A stretch of DNA of 64,000 bases, taken from assembly GCF_000143415.4 (NCBI RefSeq), contig NW_003314305.1, positions 1,212,834 to 1,276,833 of the forward strand. Reading direction: 5' to 3'. Positions 20,277-32,169 of this stretch are shown here, piece by piece. Position 1 is the stretch's first letter; each line of letters starts with the position of its first letter. The position numbers and the translations under genes were made by a program. The stretch is from Selaginella moellendorffii. Taxonomy: Eukaryota > Plantae > Lycopodiophyta. Under the pieces are notes generated by a model. That model searched no databases, had not been told where the DNA came from, and saw only the letters and a program-made list of their open reading frames with translations.

Positions 20277-22423
20277 GGAACATGTTGTGTCCGTGGATAT
20301 TTTGGGACTCACGGGAGTAAAACGCTACCTCCAGATACTTCACTTGCAGTTCGTACCATCAAAAAGCGAACTCACTCGGACGGGCAGCTGTCCGAACTAG
20401 CAGTGTAGTTATAGATGAGCTTCATATGGTATGTATACTGATATCCCAATATCTTTCTTATAACAGTCTAGTGCAGGTTGGAGATAAAGAGAGAGGTTAT
20501 TTGCTAGAACTAAGCTACGATATGCGGCCGGTAAAGGTGACTATGAAAGCAGCAGCCCGACGGCCCCACGAGCTTGCAAATTATAGGAATGAGTGCAACG
20601 ATGCCTAATGTAGCAGCCGTTGCATCATGGCTTCAGGTATTGCAATCTTTTATTCAAGTCTTACAGACCATGATGATAATTTGCAGGCTGCATTTTATGA
20701 GACTAACTTTCGGTTCCTTTAGACGAACACATTGAAGTCATTTACGATACTAGTATGAATACTGTTCGTGCTCTAAAAGTAGGCTCTGAACTTAGCGGCA
20801 AGGATCCAGATCACATCGTCCATCTGTGCCATGAGGTTACTTTTGTGTTTTGACAAAGACCTTTCATAGGTCTTACTGATTTCAGTTTGTGCTCTTTGTT
20901 GTCTAGGTGGTTAGTAAGGCCATTCTGTGCTTTTGTTTTGTTCAAGTCGTCATGCCTGCGAAACCACTGCCCGACGAGATACAAGCAAATGGCTGGGAGA
21001 GCAGGAAGAGCAGGGATACACACGCATGGCGAGAGTGTAAAACTTCTCTCGTTTATGTATTCTGAAATTTGCCGAATGTTGGTTTTGCAGATATTAATCT
21101 ATAAAAGTGAGGAGCTTCCCATTCTGAAAGAAGGTTGTCAACCGTTGCAGTCATGTCTCGCCGAGGAAAAGAATGGAATGATGAGAGCTCGTTTTGGAGG
21201 TACCCTTCTCAACTCTACACAGCCTTTTGATGACGTCGTGAAGTCTGCTCAAGATTCTTTTCTGTGCCACAAGCGACTGATAGAGTGGGATCAGGAGTTA
21301 CAGATCTACAAAATAACTACATTAGGAAAAGCAGCGTTTGGCAGTTCGCTCAGCCCGGAAGAATGCTCGGTACGTTCTCGCTCGTTTTTGCTGGCAATGA
21401 CGAATTTTAATTATGCAGATGCAGGTTGTCTTTGAGGATCTTGCTAAAGCCCGTGAAAGTTTTGTTTTAGCGTCAGATTTGCACCTTGTTTACGAGGTTA
21501 CTCCTATTCACATGGAGCTTGAACTGGACTGGGGAGCTTACTATCAAAGATTTGTCGAATTGTCCTATGTCGATCAGGTTCTTATAGACGAAAGCTAGAA
21601 ATAGACATTGTAATGCTTTCGCATTTTACAGGCAGTTGGGGTGACCGTGATGCGCATGGCTCATGGAGCACCAATGCAGGGCCATAAAAGGAGTATCGCT
21701 TTTTTGTGGCTCTTATATTGTCCAAGCTTCTTCAGGTATGTATGGTCGACCTTTGTTCCATAATACTGAAGTTTCGCCACTAGGAAGTGCCGCTAATGGA
21801 CGTCTGCAGTACGTTCATGGTGCCGAGGGGCACTGTGCAAGCTCTTTCTTTGATTTTTTTACCTTTCTTTTATGTTTTCACAGGCTGCACGAGCTAGGTG
21901 TTTATACAAAGCGGGCTTACGAACAGTTGAAGCTGTAGCTGAGGCTACAATTCCTGAATTTGCAAACGCACTGTGCGATTCTTCATTCAAAGAACATGTA
22001 GGTTTGTTTCTCTTATATACCGAATGCTTTTACTCGCAAGCTTGTTGTGATAGATGCTGGTATGGATGTATGCTGCAACGGAGCAGGGAGAATTGTCCTG
22101 GATCGAGCAGAAGAGGCGCGAACAGCTGCTTTCTCGGCCTTTCAAGCTCTTGGAGCAACGATTCCCCATTCGCTGTCGCAGCCTTTATATGCCAGAGTTG
22201 AGAGGCCTCGATGGCCATATCTCCAAAGCAGGACGAGAGCAAGGCCGACGTTCATAGCACTGAAAAGGAAAACCGAGCAGTAATTATGCAAGAAAATGGT
22301 AACCATGGCCACAATGCGTTTGGAGCATTGCGGAAAAGAAGGCCAAGGACCCGATCTTGCCGCTGTCACATCAGATCTGGAAACAAGGTTTTGATACATT
22401 CCCCCCGATTTCAGGACCAGTGA
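20277..22423 (+). pseudogene. TEBICHI/Pol theta helicase-domain pseudogene, copy 1 (introns retained, many deletions)
   Basis: [95 protein letters not shown]. Frameshifts; helicase motifs IV-V missing; no polymerase domain. Confidence 0.85.
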
Positions 22424-22565
22424 ATAATTCTTGTTGTGAACATCATCTTTAATTCAAAAAAGTGGTACTTCGATCTAATACTATTAATAAAGTTTACACT
22501 AAACATGGAAGTATTTGTTTTTTTTTTTTTCTATCCTGATTGTGTTGATTTTGTTGTTGATTCAA

Positions 22566-23534
22566 TCAACCAAGAATACTACCTTGCCGATTAATTTTGA
22601 AATTAAACATATCACTCCATTTAGCTTTCTCCAATTCAATCTTCCAGAGCATCATGGATTCCTCCTTTCGCTTATCTTCTTCAGCCTGGAGATCCTGTTC
22701 AAGCTCGAGAGCAAAATAAATGTCCCCCTCCATTGCCTCTGCCTGCTCCTCCTGAGAATCCCCCTCAAGCACAAGATCCTCATTGTCCACATTCCTTTGG
22801 AGGATTTGGCTCGTTTCCCCATTGCCAATTTGAATTTCTGCCAAGCCCTCCTTGTGTTGTGGCTGCACCAAAACCTCCTCAAGCACGAGATTTAGCATCT
22901 CCTCATCATCCACATCCTCGAGATTTGACGACAGAATTTCAGTCATCTCTTTGTCACTCACTATAATTTCCGCCACCTCAGGGAACACAAGAGGGATGTC
23001 TTCCTCCTCATTTGGGACTTCATTCTCCTCGACCAGTGCCATGATTCTAGCCACCTCCAGGTCATCCATGTCAAAATCTTCCATGTCCTGGATCACCGCC
23101 CCAGCTTTATCGGCCTGTTGACCACTCTGCTTCGCTTGACTTTCGTGGACCAGCGAACCCTTCTTCCTCTCGTCTTCAAATGGAGCGCGCTTGAGCTTCT
23201 TCTTCTCATGTGCCATGCCAACTTCCCCAGTGCTGCTTGATCTTGGCCGCTTCATGTAGGTTGGTCTTGTTTTTCCGCCATAAGTGAATTTTTTCTTGCA
23301 CTGACTGCAGCGATACCTTGGCTGGCCAATGTTGTCGTTATTGAAGTAGTCGAAGTTGCCGCACTCACTGCGATTGCACTTCATACAGGTCGGGTGCTGC
23401 TGTTTCAAGTACGATTTCAGCTCACCCACGCTTCCAAACTGGAGGTTACTCTGCTGGGAGGACGAAGACCAAAACAGTGGGTAGTTCTGGAGAAGATGGA
23501 GCTCCTTGTACACCTTGCTGCTTTTGTTTGGCAT
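22566..23534 (-). CDS. Intronless 322-aa protein with a divergent Dof-like C2C2 zinc finger and an acidic C-terminus (copy 1)
   Basis: CMKC-x22-CSQC containing FDYFNNDNIGQPRYRC...FTYGGKTR, which aligns to the Dof core FCYYNNY..QPR.FC..C.RYWT.GG. Basic NLS-like KKKLKR and an E/D-rich tail. Confidence 0.7.
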   Translation of the reverse strand: MPNKSSKVYKELHLLQNYPLFWSSSSQQSNLQFGSVGELKSYLKQQHPTCMKCNRSECGNFDYFNNDNIGQPRYRCSQCKKKFTYGGKTRPTYMKRPRSSSTGEVGMAHEKKKLKRAPFEDERKKGSLVHESQAKQSGQQADKAGAVIQDMEDFDMDDLEVARIMALVEENEVPNEEEDIPLVFPEVAEIIVSDKEMTEILSSNLEDVDDEEMLNLVLEEVLVQPQHKEGLAEIQIGNGETSQILQRNVDNEDLVLEGDSQEEQAEAMEGDIYFALELEQDLQAEEDKRKEESMMLWKIELEKAKWSDMFNFKINRQGSILG

Positions 23535-25464
23535 CGCTGCTGGCTTCTCTGCTGAAAGGACAACAAGTGAAAACCTAAAATATGTCCTTTTTTACAAGCT
23601 TAAGGGATGAAATGTATGTTTAAAGTTTTGGGTAAAGGGAGTTTTATTAAACATCGTTTAATTTCCACCCGAGTCCGGTTGCTTCCTTTTGTGCGACCTT
23701 CTCAGGCATCCCAAAATTTAGCGCATGACTGTTGCGGAGTTTTTGGAACGGAGTGGAGGCTCCACGCTTGTTGATGTAAGCTGGTGCCTTAGAAGGAGGC
23801 TTTCTTCAAGGTACTTAATTCTTCCACCTAGATTTTCTTGTTTTTCATGTTGCGGGCTGTCGGAAATATGTATCAACAGTTGTCTGAGGAACTTAGCTGG
23901 ATCAAGGTTGAAAAGGAGTTGCTTCATCAGAGCAGGAGGTAAATCGAAGCTGCTTAAGGCAGACTTTCCTTTTGTGATTCAGTTTAAAACACTTGACTTG
24001 AGAGCAGGACTGACTTGAAAGATGGCTTACCAGCCGGGACCTGCAAATACATGCTGCGCAGGTGCAAACTTTGTCATCGAGCAGGCAATGAAATGACAAG
24101 CTTTACAAGCATGACGGTAGTCTCCTCAGTTCGTGAGTGCAAATGCTTTTATTTTTTGTTGTTCTCCCCATACAAGGCCCGATTTCAAGCTACAATCCCA
24201 AGCAATTCTAATCTTAGCCTTGATCGTGTCACAATGGTCTCCTCCACACAGGAAATCCCACCATGATCGCCAAGAATATTTTCCTCTTTAGAACATGATG
24301 CCAAGCTAAATCGATGGATTCCTGGACGGCATGATAGACAGGACCAAGAAGAGCATGACCCATGCGTGCACCTAGAGGAAGAGGTCAATGGATCCTTCAA
24401 TCTGGTCGGAGCTCATCAACTCCCAATCCCCATGCTCTGCCGCTTCGGGTCCCTCTCGAATGATTGGTATAGCGCGCGACACACCTAGCTGCGTCGGGAA
24501 CACCATGTCGTAAGAAAGCTGCTTGGCTCATGTACAGCGCTGAAAAAACAAAAACCAAGTGTGAAGAGCTTAGAAAACGTACAGTTGAGAACGCACGGCA
24601 ATGACTTGTCAAGACGTTGTCAAAACTCCTTCGAAGGTAGCACCTTGTCCAAGTACGTGTGTACACTGAGAAACAAACCAGAGCTGAGTTAGCTTCCAAA
24701 GAAGTCACACGAACCTGGTCAAGTAGCAAATCGTGAAAGAGAAAAGTGGATCATCGGCATGCATGGGAGCTTTCAAAGTGGCCACCGTTCCTGCCAGGTT
24801 TGCGTCTCACCTCGCACCACTGCAACGACAATGTAAATAACTAATCGATGCAAACCTCTTCACTATCTGCATATCGAGCAGCGCTAAGTCGAAAGAGAAA
24901 GAAAAAAGAAGAAAAACTCACCGCGAGCTGAGATCAATCGCCTGCAAGCGAGCAATGTTTCCAACAACACAGCGAATTTCTATAAATTGCTGGATAGAGA
25001 AACACGAGCTGAATCAAAAGAACAATCGACGAGCGACTGTAACAACTAACATACTCACCAGCCATAGGATAGCCTGGTTTCTCTCCTTAGAGTCGAGCGA
25101 GTAAAATTGTGCGTCTTTTTCCTCCAATACTGCCGGAGTTCCCAGTTTTCATCTAACGCCGGTGGACATGCTACAAGGACAAACACATCACACTACTCCA
25201 AGAGAGTTACCTCAGGAATGTTTACAAGCTTTGCAGGATTTGGCTTCCCGACGGCAAGAGTGTATGACTTTTTTCTTGCGCTCTTCACCATTTTCTTTAC
25301 ATTCCGTATAGCTCCGGCTGCGAGGAAGTCCAGGTGTTAGAGAAATGCCGACCAACATCGAGTGTTATGCCGACAATGTTTGCATCCTTTGGTACGCTCG
25401 ATTAAATAGTACCTGGAACCAAAGTCGAGGAACTTTACTGGTTGCCAAACTCTTCGATGCAATC

Positions 25465-25730
25465 GTCTAGATCTCAAGTTCTAGAAATCATTCAAAGGTA
25501 TCTATCTACCTGCATATTCCGATGATCGCAAACCACAGTACTCCAGGCTCCGTAAGAATGCATTTCGTTCGCCTGGCTGATTGAAACACACCACTGTCAG
25601 AGCTACAAAGGAAAGAAATTCATGAACTCCAGGGATGAATTGGATATGCCACAACGATTTCCTTGGGAAAATTCCAGCGGAAATCGCTTCTCTTGAGCAG
25701 CACAGGCTGCGGCATTTCGACAATCAGGAA
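25465..25730 (+). pseudogene. Possible LRR-gene remnant
   Basis: One LRR-like stretch (HNDFLGKIPAEIASL) in otherwise broken frames. Confidence 0.3.
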
Positions 25731-26235
25731 TCCTCCGCGCTCTGGATGGAAATCGCCTGTGCTGTAGCGGCGGCAGTCCCTAATCCAGAATCCGAGCTGA
25801 GAGAGGAGTATCGGAGATGCGCGGCATACGTTCAGCGTACTGGCGCGTGGTAACGCCAGTGCTCAGCCTCGCCATAGCCTGGAACCCTAAATTTCCATTC
25901 CTTTAGCCCGTTAAACCCTAAACCCAAACAGGATAGATAACTTAACTTTAATAAAAAGTGTTACGCTTTAATACAAAAGACAATGCTGGCCTGGGACTCT
26001 CTTGGACATCCTGCGAGAAAGAGGCAAAAAGAAAAGAAGAAGAAGCGTGAGATAGCCGATCAAATGAGAGTGTACTTACATTGCCCTATCGCTTCCCTCT
26101 GCCCTTGAGGCCTCCTTCATAGCGATCGAAGCTCCAAAATCCCAGGAGCTCAAAACAAAGTAGTGCCAGAGAGATCTCTTGCAAGAGCCCAGCGAGCTCA
26201 AAGTCCCTGCCTTTCTAGCTCAAGCATCCAATTCC

Positions 26236-26317
26236 TGCTTTCTCGGCCTTTCAAGCTCTTGGAGCAATGATTCTGCATTCGCTGTCACAGTCTTTATATG
26301 CCAGAGTTGAGAGGCCT
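26236..26317 (+). pseudogene. Third short TEBICHI-pseudogene fragment
   Basis: About 80-bp near-identical match to 22126-22209 (ctgctttctcggcctttcaagctcttggagc...gagaggcctc). Confidence 0.8.
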
Positions 26318-26339
26318 CAGGCTGAGACGGACGAGATGG

Positions 26340-27116
26340 CCATATGTATAGATCGCCAATGTATATGACTGAAACAATGTATATGCATTTCAGTTGCCAG
26401 GGAGGAGCGAAATCTTGGAGCGATCGGCATACACAGCAATCTCGTCCAGTGCAAGATGAAACGAAGTAAGTTCATCGCCACGGCCGCTCTGGACAGTGGA
26501 CGATGAATAAGGCGCATTGACACTTCTCTCCCAGGTCTAGTTTTGCAAAGAAGAAAATTGCAATCCTAGCTCATTCCTTTGTTTGCAAGGTCTTGGATCC
26601 ACAGGCAACTCACGAGTGCTGGGCTTACAAGGTGGTTCATTTATTTCGCCTTGTTTGCTTGAATGTTTCATTTTCTTCCAGCTTAGATCAAAGAACGCTA
26701 TCGTTTTAGCGATGGTGGAGAGCCTGGAGGAACGGCAGGACGGCCAATCTAGGCTGCCAGAGGAAATTCTGGTGTGGATGGAGTTATGGTCGTTGTCACG
26801 AGGTACCTATCATCGTTTTTCCAAACGAAAGAACAAAAACTAATTGGAAATCCAGGTACTTTGGTGGAACGAAGCTTTCGTTCGAGCTTATGGAGGAATC
26901 GCTGCTGACTGCCTCAAAGACGCACGGACGCACATTGTCAAAGCAAAGGTTTTCTTATGTAGTTTGGTGTTGTCTACTGACTTGCATCGAGTGTGTAGAT
27001 CTACCTGGTTCTCAAGCCTGGCTTTGATCATCTTGGAGATGTGTACCCTCTCCGAAGCATTGGTGTTATTAGTTTCGATCTTTATGTCTTCATGGGCAAC
27101 GAATCCAGCTTCAGCT
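26340..27116 (+). pseudogene. IMPACT/YigZ pseudogene, copy 2
   Basis: High identity to 18330-19140 including introns. In-frame stop in GRPI* (cca atc tag), small deletions, 3'-truncated. Confidence 0.88.
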
Positions 27117-27451
27117 TCAGCTTGCACAAGTCTGGCATCAAAAGAGGAGGCTGTGCGACTTTCGGGGAAACGTGAAGGAAAAGTTCGCTCACTGGAGAGA
27201 GGAATGGCTATACACGCCGAAGCTGCTAAAGGTGGTCTCGAGTTGGAGTATTTGGTCGCAAACACGCTGGTGGATTCTACGTCAAATGTGGGAGCTCGGC
27301 AGATGCTCGCAGAGTTTTTGACAAGATGCCACTGCACGATGTCGTGTCCTGGACGGCGCTGGTGCTGGGCTACGCGGGAAACGGTGAAGGCCAGGTGGCC
27401 TTGGATCTCTTAGAGGACATGCAACGTCGGGGCTGTACACCGAATGCTTAA
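27117..27451 (+). pseudogene. PLS-class PPR gene fragment
   Basis: ACTSLASKEEA...SLERGMAIHAEAAKGG..VANTLVD, a frameshift, then YVKCGSSADARRVFDKMPLHDVVSWTALVLGYAGNGEGQVALDLLEDMQRRGCTPNA*. Confidence 0.88.
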
Positions 27452-27584
27452 GCTCACTACTTTCAGTGCATTGTTAGAGGGACAAGAAAGCAAACGAGAA
27501 GAAATCCTGGCGATCTGTCTCCAGTAAGTGACGATGATCTTTTTCCTTTCATTCTTTTTTGCTGATGCCTGTGTTTTGTTTCAG

Positions 27585-30002
27585 TGGTGTTTCCCCGACA
27601 AAAAAGGTAGCAGCTACCTCTAGAGATGTTTTGCAAGAGAAGAGCGAGAAGATGGACGTCTCTCCAAGCAAAGCTTTGAGAAGCGAGATGGCGATTCCTC
27701 TCGGTGCAACGACGGCTGAAATGGTTGAAGTGGCTGACAGAAAATTACCGCCCTTTCAGCACAGTGCGAAGAAGCTACCATGCACTCCTCATGCAAGCGC
27801 TGGAAATGGTGGCGATCCCACTCCGAACTGGCTACTCGACAACAAGTATGTATCACCAGTAGATAGCTTCTGGGACGAGGCAATACGCGTCCTTGGGAGC
27901 AAGAAGGGTTGACGGCCCGAATTTATTGAACTCTCCGACTTTGCGAGTCATGACAACGTTGGCAAAGAAGCTGTTGCAGCTCCCACTGAAGAATCCGTCG
28001 TCCTCAGTCTCCGGTGAGAAGTTGTCCGATTGGCTTCCGGCTGAATTATGTGAAGGATACTTTCGGAAAGGGGTTAGAAGACTGTATCAATGGCAGGTAA
28101 GCCAACTGTTTGTGATTTTAGTGCCTACTTACAAGAAACTACAGGTTGATTGTCTACGCCTTGATGGAGTTTTGGATGGTAAAAGTCTTGTTTACTGTGC
28201 CTCAACAAGGTGCTTGAGATTTCTTATTTAGTTTTCTTTTATGGTAATCCTTAAAACTTTTTGACAGTGCAGGAAAGAGTCTTGTTGCAGAAATTTTGAT
28301 GTTAAAAAGAGTGGTGGCGACAGGGAAAATGGCAATGCTGGTTTTACCATATGTCGCGTTGTGTTCTGAGAAGGTATGCTTGGTTTTGTTTTGTCAAAAA
28401 CGTCAACTGGTTTTTACTTTGCTAGACAGAGCATTTAGAGGCGGTACTGGAACATGTTGTGTCCGTGGATATTTTGGGACTCACGGGAGTAAAGCGCTAC
28501 CTCCAGATACTTCACTTGCAGTTCGTAGCATCAAAAAGCGAACTCACTCATCAATAAGGTGGTAGAGGACGGGCGGCTGTCCGAACTAGCAGTCGTAGTT
28601 ATAGATGAGGTTCATATGGTATGTATACTGACTTCCCAATATCTTTCTTATAACAGTCTGGTGCAGGTTGGAGATAAAGAGAGAGGTTATTTGCTAGAAC
28701 TAAGCTACGATATGGGGCCGGTAAAGGTGACTATGAAAGCAGCAGCCCCACGAGGTTGCAAATTATAGGAATGAGTGCAGCGATGCCTAATGTAGCAGCC
28801 GTTGCATCATGGCTTCAGGTATTGCAATCTTTTATTCAAGTCTTACAGACCATGATGATAATTTGCAGGCTGCATTTTATGAGACTAACTTTCGCCTGGT
28901 CCCTTTAGACGACTAGTATGAATACTGTTCGTGCTCTAAAAGCAGGCTCTGAACTTAGCGGCAAGGATCCAGATCACATCGTCCATCTGTGCCATGAGGT
29001 TACTTTTGTGTTTTGACAAAGACCTTTCATAGGTCTTACTGATTTCAGTTTGTGCTCTTTGTTGTCTAGGTGGTGTGGTTAGTAAGGCCATTCTGTGCTT
29101 TTGTTTTGTTCAAGTCGTCATGCCTGCGAAACCACTGCCCGACGAGATACAGGCAAATGGCTGGGAGAGCAGGAAGAGCAGGGATAGACACGCATGGCGA
29201 GAGTGTAAGACTTGTCTCGTTTATGTATTCTGAAATTTGCCGAATGTTGGTTTTGCAGATATTAATCTGTAAAAGTGAGGAGCTTCCCGTTCTGAAAGAA
29301 GGTTGTCAACCGTTGCAGTCATGTCTCGCCGAGGAAAAGAATGGAATGATGAGAGCTCGTTTTGGAGGTACCCTTCTCAACTCTACACAGCCTTTTGATG
29401 ACGTCGTGAAGTCTGCTCAAGATTCTTTTCTGTGCCACAAGCGACTGATAGAGTGGGATCAGGAGTTACAGATCTAAAAAAATAACTCCATTAGGAAAAG
29501 CAGCGTTTGGCAGTTCGCTGAGGCTACAATTCCTGAATTTGCAAACGCACTGTGCGATTCTTCATTCAAAGAACATGTAGGTTTGTTTCTCTTATATACC
29601 GAATGCTTTTACTCGCAAGCTTGTTGTGATAGATGCTGGTATGGATGTATGCTGCAACGGAGCAGGGAGAATTGTCCTGGATCGAGCAGAAGAGACGCGC
29701 ATAGCTGCTTTCTCGGCCTTTCAAGCTCTTGGAGCAACGATTCCCCATTCGCTGTCGCAGTCTTTATATGCCAGAGTTGAGAGGCCTCGATGGCCATATC
29801 TCCAAAGCAGGACAAGAGCAAGGCCGACGTTCATAGCACTGACAAGGAAAACCGAGCAGTAATTATGCAAGAAAATGGTAACCATGGCCCCAATGCGTTT
29901 GGAGCATTGCGGAAAAGAAGGCCAAGGACCCGATCCTGCCGCTGTCACATCAGATCTGGAAACAAGGTTTTGATACATGCCCCCCGATTTCAGGACCAGT
30001 GA
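27585..30002 (+). pseudogene. TEBICHI/Pol theta helicase-domain pseudogene, copy 2 (has more of the 5' end)
   Basis: [21 protein letters not shown]|[10 protein letters not shown], Walker [47 protein letters not shown]. Stop and frameshifts. Confidence 0.88.
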
Positions 30003-31230
30003 AAAATTCTTGTTGTGAACATCATCTTTAATTCAAAAAAGTGGTATTTCGATCTAATACTATTAATAAATTTTACACTAAACATGGAAGTATTTGTTTT
30101 TTTTTTTTTCTATCCTGATTGTGTTGATTTTGTTGTTGATTCAATCAACCAAGAATACTACCTTGCGGATTAGTTTTGAAATTAAACATATCACTCCATT
30201 TAGCTTTCTCCAATTCAATCTTCCAGAGCATCATGGATTCCTCCTTTCGCTTATCTTCTTCGGCCTGAAGATCCTGTTCAAGCTCGAGAGCAAAATAAAT
30301 GTCCCCCTCCATTGCCTCTGCCTGCTCCTCCTGAGAATCCCCCTCAAGCACAAGATCCTCATTGTCCACATTCCTTTGGAGGATTTGGCTCGTTTCCCCA
30401 TTGCCAATTTGAATTTCTGCCAAGCCCTCCTTGTGTTGTGGCTGCACCAAAACATCCTCAAGCACGAGATTTAGCATCTCCTCATCATCCACATCCTCGA
30501 GATTTGACGACAGAATTTCAGTCATCTCTTTGTCACTCACTACAATTTCTGCCACCTCAGGGAACACAAGAGGGATGTCTTCCTCCTCATTTGGGACTTC
30601 ATTCTCCTCGACCAGTGCCATGATTCTAGCCACCTCCAGGTCATCCATGTCAAAATCTTCCATGTCCTGGATCACCGCCCCATCAGCCTGTTGACCACTC
30701 TGCTTCGCTTGACTTTCGTGGACCAGCGAACCCTTCTCCCTCTTGTCTTCAAATGGAGCGCGCTTGAGCTTCTTCTTCTCATGTGCCATGCCAGCTTCCC
30801 CAGTGCTGCTTGATCTTGGCCGCTTCATGTAGGTTGGTCTTGTTTTTCCGCTATAAGTGAATTTTTTCTTGCACTGACTGCAGCGATACCTTGGCTGGCC
30901 AATGTTGTCGTTATTGAAGTAGTCGAAGTTGCCACACTCACCACGATTGCACTTCATACAGGTCGGGTGCTGCTGTTTCAGGTACGATTTCAGCTCATCC
31001 ACGCTTCCAAACTGGAGGCTACTCTGCTGGGAGGACGAAGACCAAAACAGTGGGTAGTTCTGGAGAAGATGGAGCTCTTTGTACACCTTGCTGCTTTTGT
31101 TTGGCATCGCTGCTGGCTTCTCAACAAGTGAAAACCTAAAATATGTCCTTTTTTACAAGCTTAAGGGATGAAATGTGTGTTTAAAGTTTTGGGTAAAGGG
31201 AGTTTTATTAAACATCTTTTAATTTCCACC
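28448..31230 (+). repeat. Segmental duplicate of 20277-23670 (TEB pseudogene + Dof-like ORF)
   Basis: Long runs of near-identical sequence in the same orientation. Both blocks end at ...tttaatttccaccc. Confidence 0.93.
30145..31107 (-). CDS. Divergent Dof-like zinc-finger protein, copy 2 (320 aa)
   Basis: Near-identical to 22566-23534. The length difference is an in-frame 6-nt deletion (QQADKAGAV vs QQADGAV). Confidence 0.7.
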   Translation of the reverse strand: MPNKSSKVYKELHLLQNYPLFWSSSSQQSSLQFGSVDELKSYLKQQHPTCMKCNRGECGNFDYFNNDNIGQPRYRCSQCKKKFTYSGKTRPTYMKRPRSSSTGEAGMAHEKKKLKRAPFEDKREKGSLVHESQAKQSGQQADGAVIQDMEDFDMDDLEVARIMALVEENEVPNEEEDIPLVFPEVAEIVVSDKEMTEILSSNLEDVDDEEMLNLVLEDVLVQPQHKEGLAEIQIGNGETSQILQRNVDNEDLVLEGDSQEEQAEAMEGDIYFALELEQDLQAEEDKRKEESMMLWKIELEKAKWSDMFNFKTNPQGSILG

Positions 31231-31237
31231 CTTATAT

Positions 31238-31741
31238 CTATTTCTTGTGGATGCTGAGACCTGCAAAAGAAGAGCATGTATCGAAAGAAGAAAAAGCAAA
31301 GAATCTATAATGTAAAATCTTGTTGGAAAACTCGCTATCAGGATTCTTCAATAACTCGGAGACGTTGCTAACATTCGCAAAAGCATCGTTGATGAGGCTC
31401 TTGAGTCTGCTCGTGTCTGAGAAAAAGATGTATCTGGGAACTCCTCCGCAGTAGGGATATCGATCTCGCATATCCGTGATGTTCAAGCCAACTGCCTTGC
31501 CGCCGTCATCACAATCCTGCAGCGTCCAGGGCTCCATATACACGTAGATTCCCTGTTTCGCAAACTCATGGTGATTGGATTTCACGTCGGAAACGCACTG
31601 GAGAATTGGTCCCGGACTCTCAATGTAAATGGAGGCACCATCGACGATAGTCCAGGTATCCAGCTGCTCCAACTGCAACACCATAGTTCCTGCGTCAGAA
31701 TATGTTGACCTGAAGGCGGATGAGCTATTCAAACTTGACAC
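31238..31741 (-). pseudogene. Crinkler/RHS-type (CR) P-loop NTPase internal fragment
   Basis: Walker-B-like WTIVDG, then HEFAK..VYMEPWTLQD and RYPYCGGVPRYIF, motifs I recognise from Crinkler-family NTPases. Walker A is absent. Confidence 0.6.
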
Positions 31742-32056
31742 TGAAGATGTTCCTGGGGCTGCAAGGCTGCAAGGCTCAAGGTTTGAGAATCAGATGAGCT
31801 TAAAATTTTGTAAAAGGTTTTTCACTTAAGCTTATTATATTTCCGTATTTCTCTTGAGATAATCAATGAGAACTAGTCTCCATTTCTTCTTTTCGCGATG
31901 ATTTGAACAAGAAAATTCGTCTTTCTGGCCAGCTTCTCTTGAAAGAAATAGGCAAAAAAGAAGAACAGTGAGAGCTAGCCGATAAAAATGATCAAATGAG
32001 TACGTATATTTCAAGACACTCCAAAATCCCAGGAGCTACATGTAGCGAGAACTTCC

Positions 32057-32057
<1 letters not shown>

Positions 32058-32096
<39 letters not shown>
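32058..32096. repeat. (GA)n microsatellite
   Basis: Perfect GA run. Confidence 0.98.
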
Positions 32097-32099
<3 letters not shown>

Positions 32100-32169
32100 C
32101 ATAGAATTCTTTGATGCTGACATCGCCGACTCAGAGAGTGGGAACAGTGGATGAACTGACGGTGAGGAT

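Noticed and set aside
22129-22142. tttctcggccttt resembling the 5' end of U2 snRNA
   Set aside because: It lies within TEB coding-derived sequence (AAFSAFQAL) and the rest of U2 is absent.
23680-25340. Several short ORFs with intron-like signals between the duplicated blocks
   Set aside because: Probably more gene debris, but no family could be recognised from the sequence alone.
25835-25862. GC-rich hairpin (actggcg...cgccagt) as a Helitron 3' end for the mosaic region
   Set aside because: No CTRR terminus at the expected spacing and no A/T insertion site.
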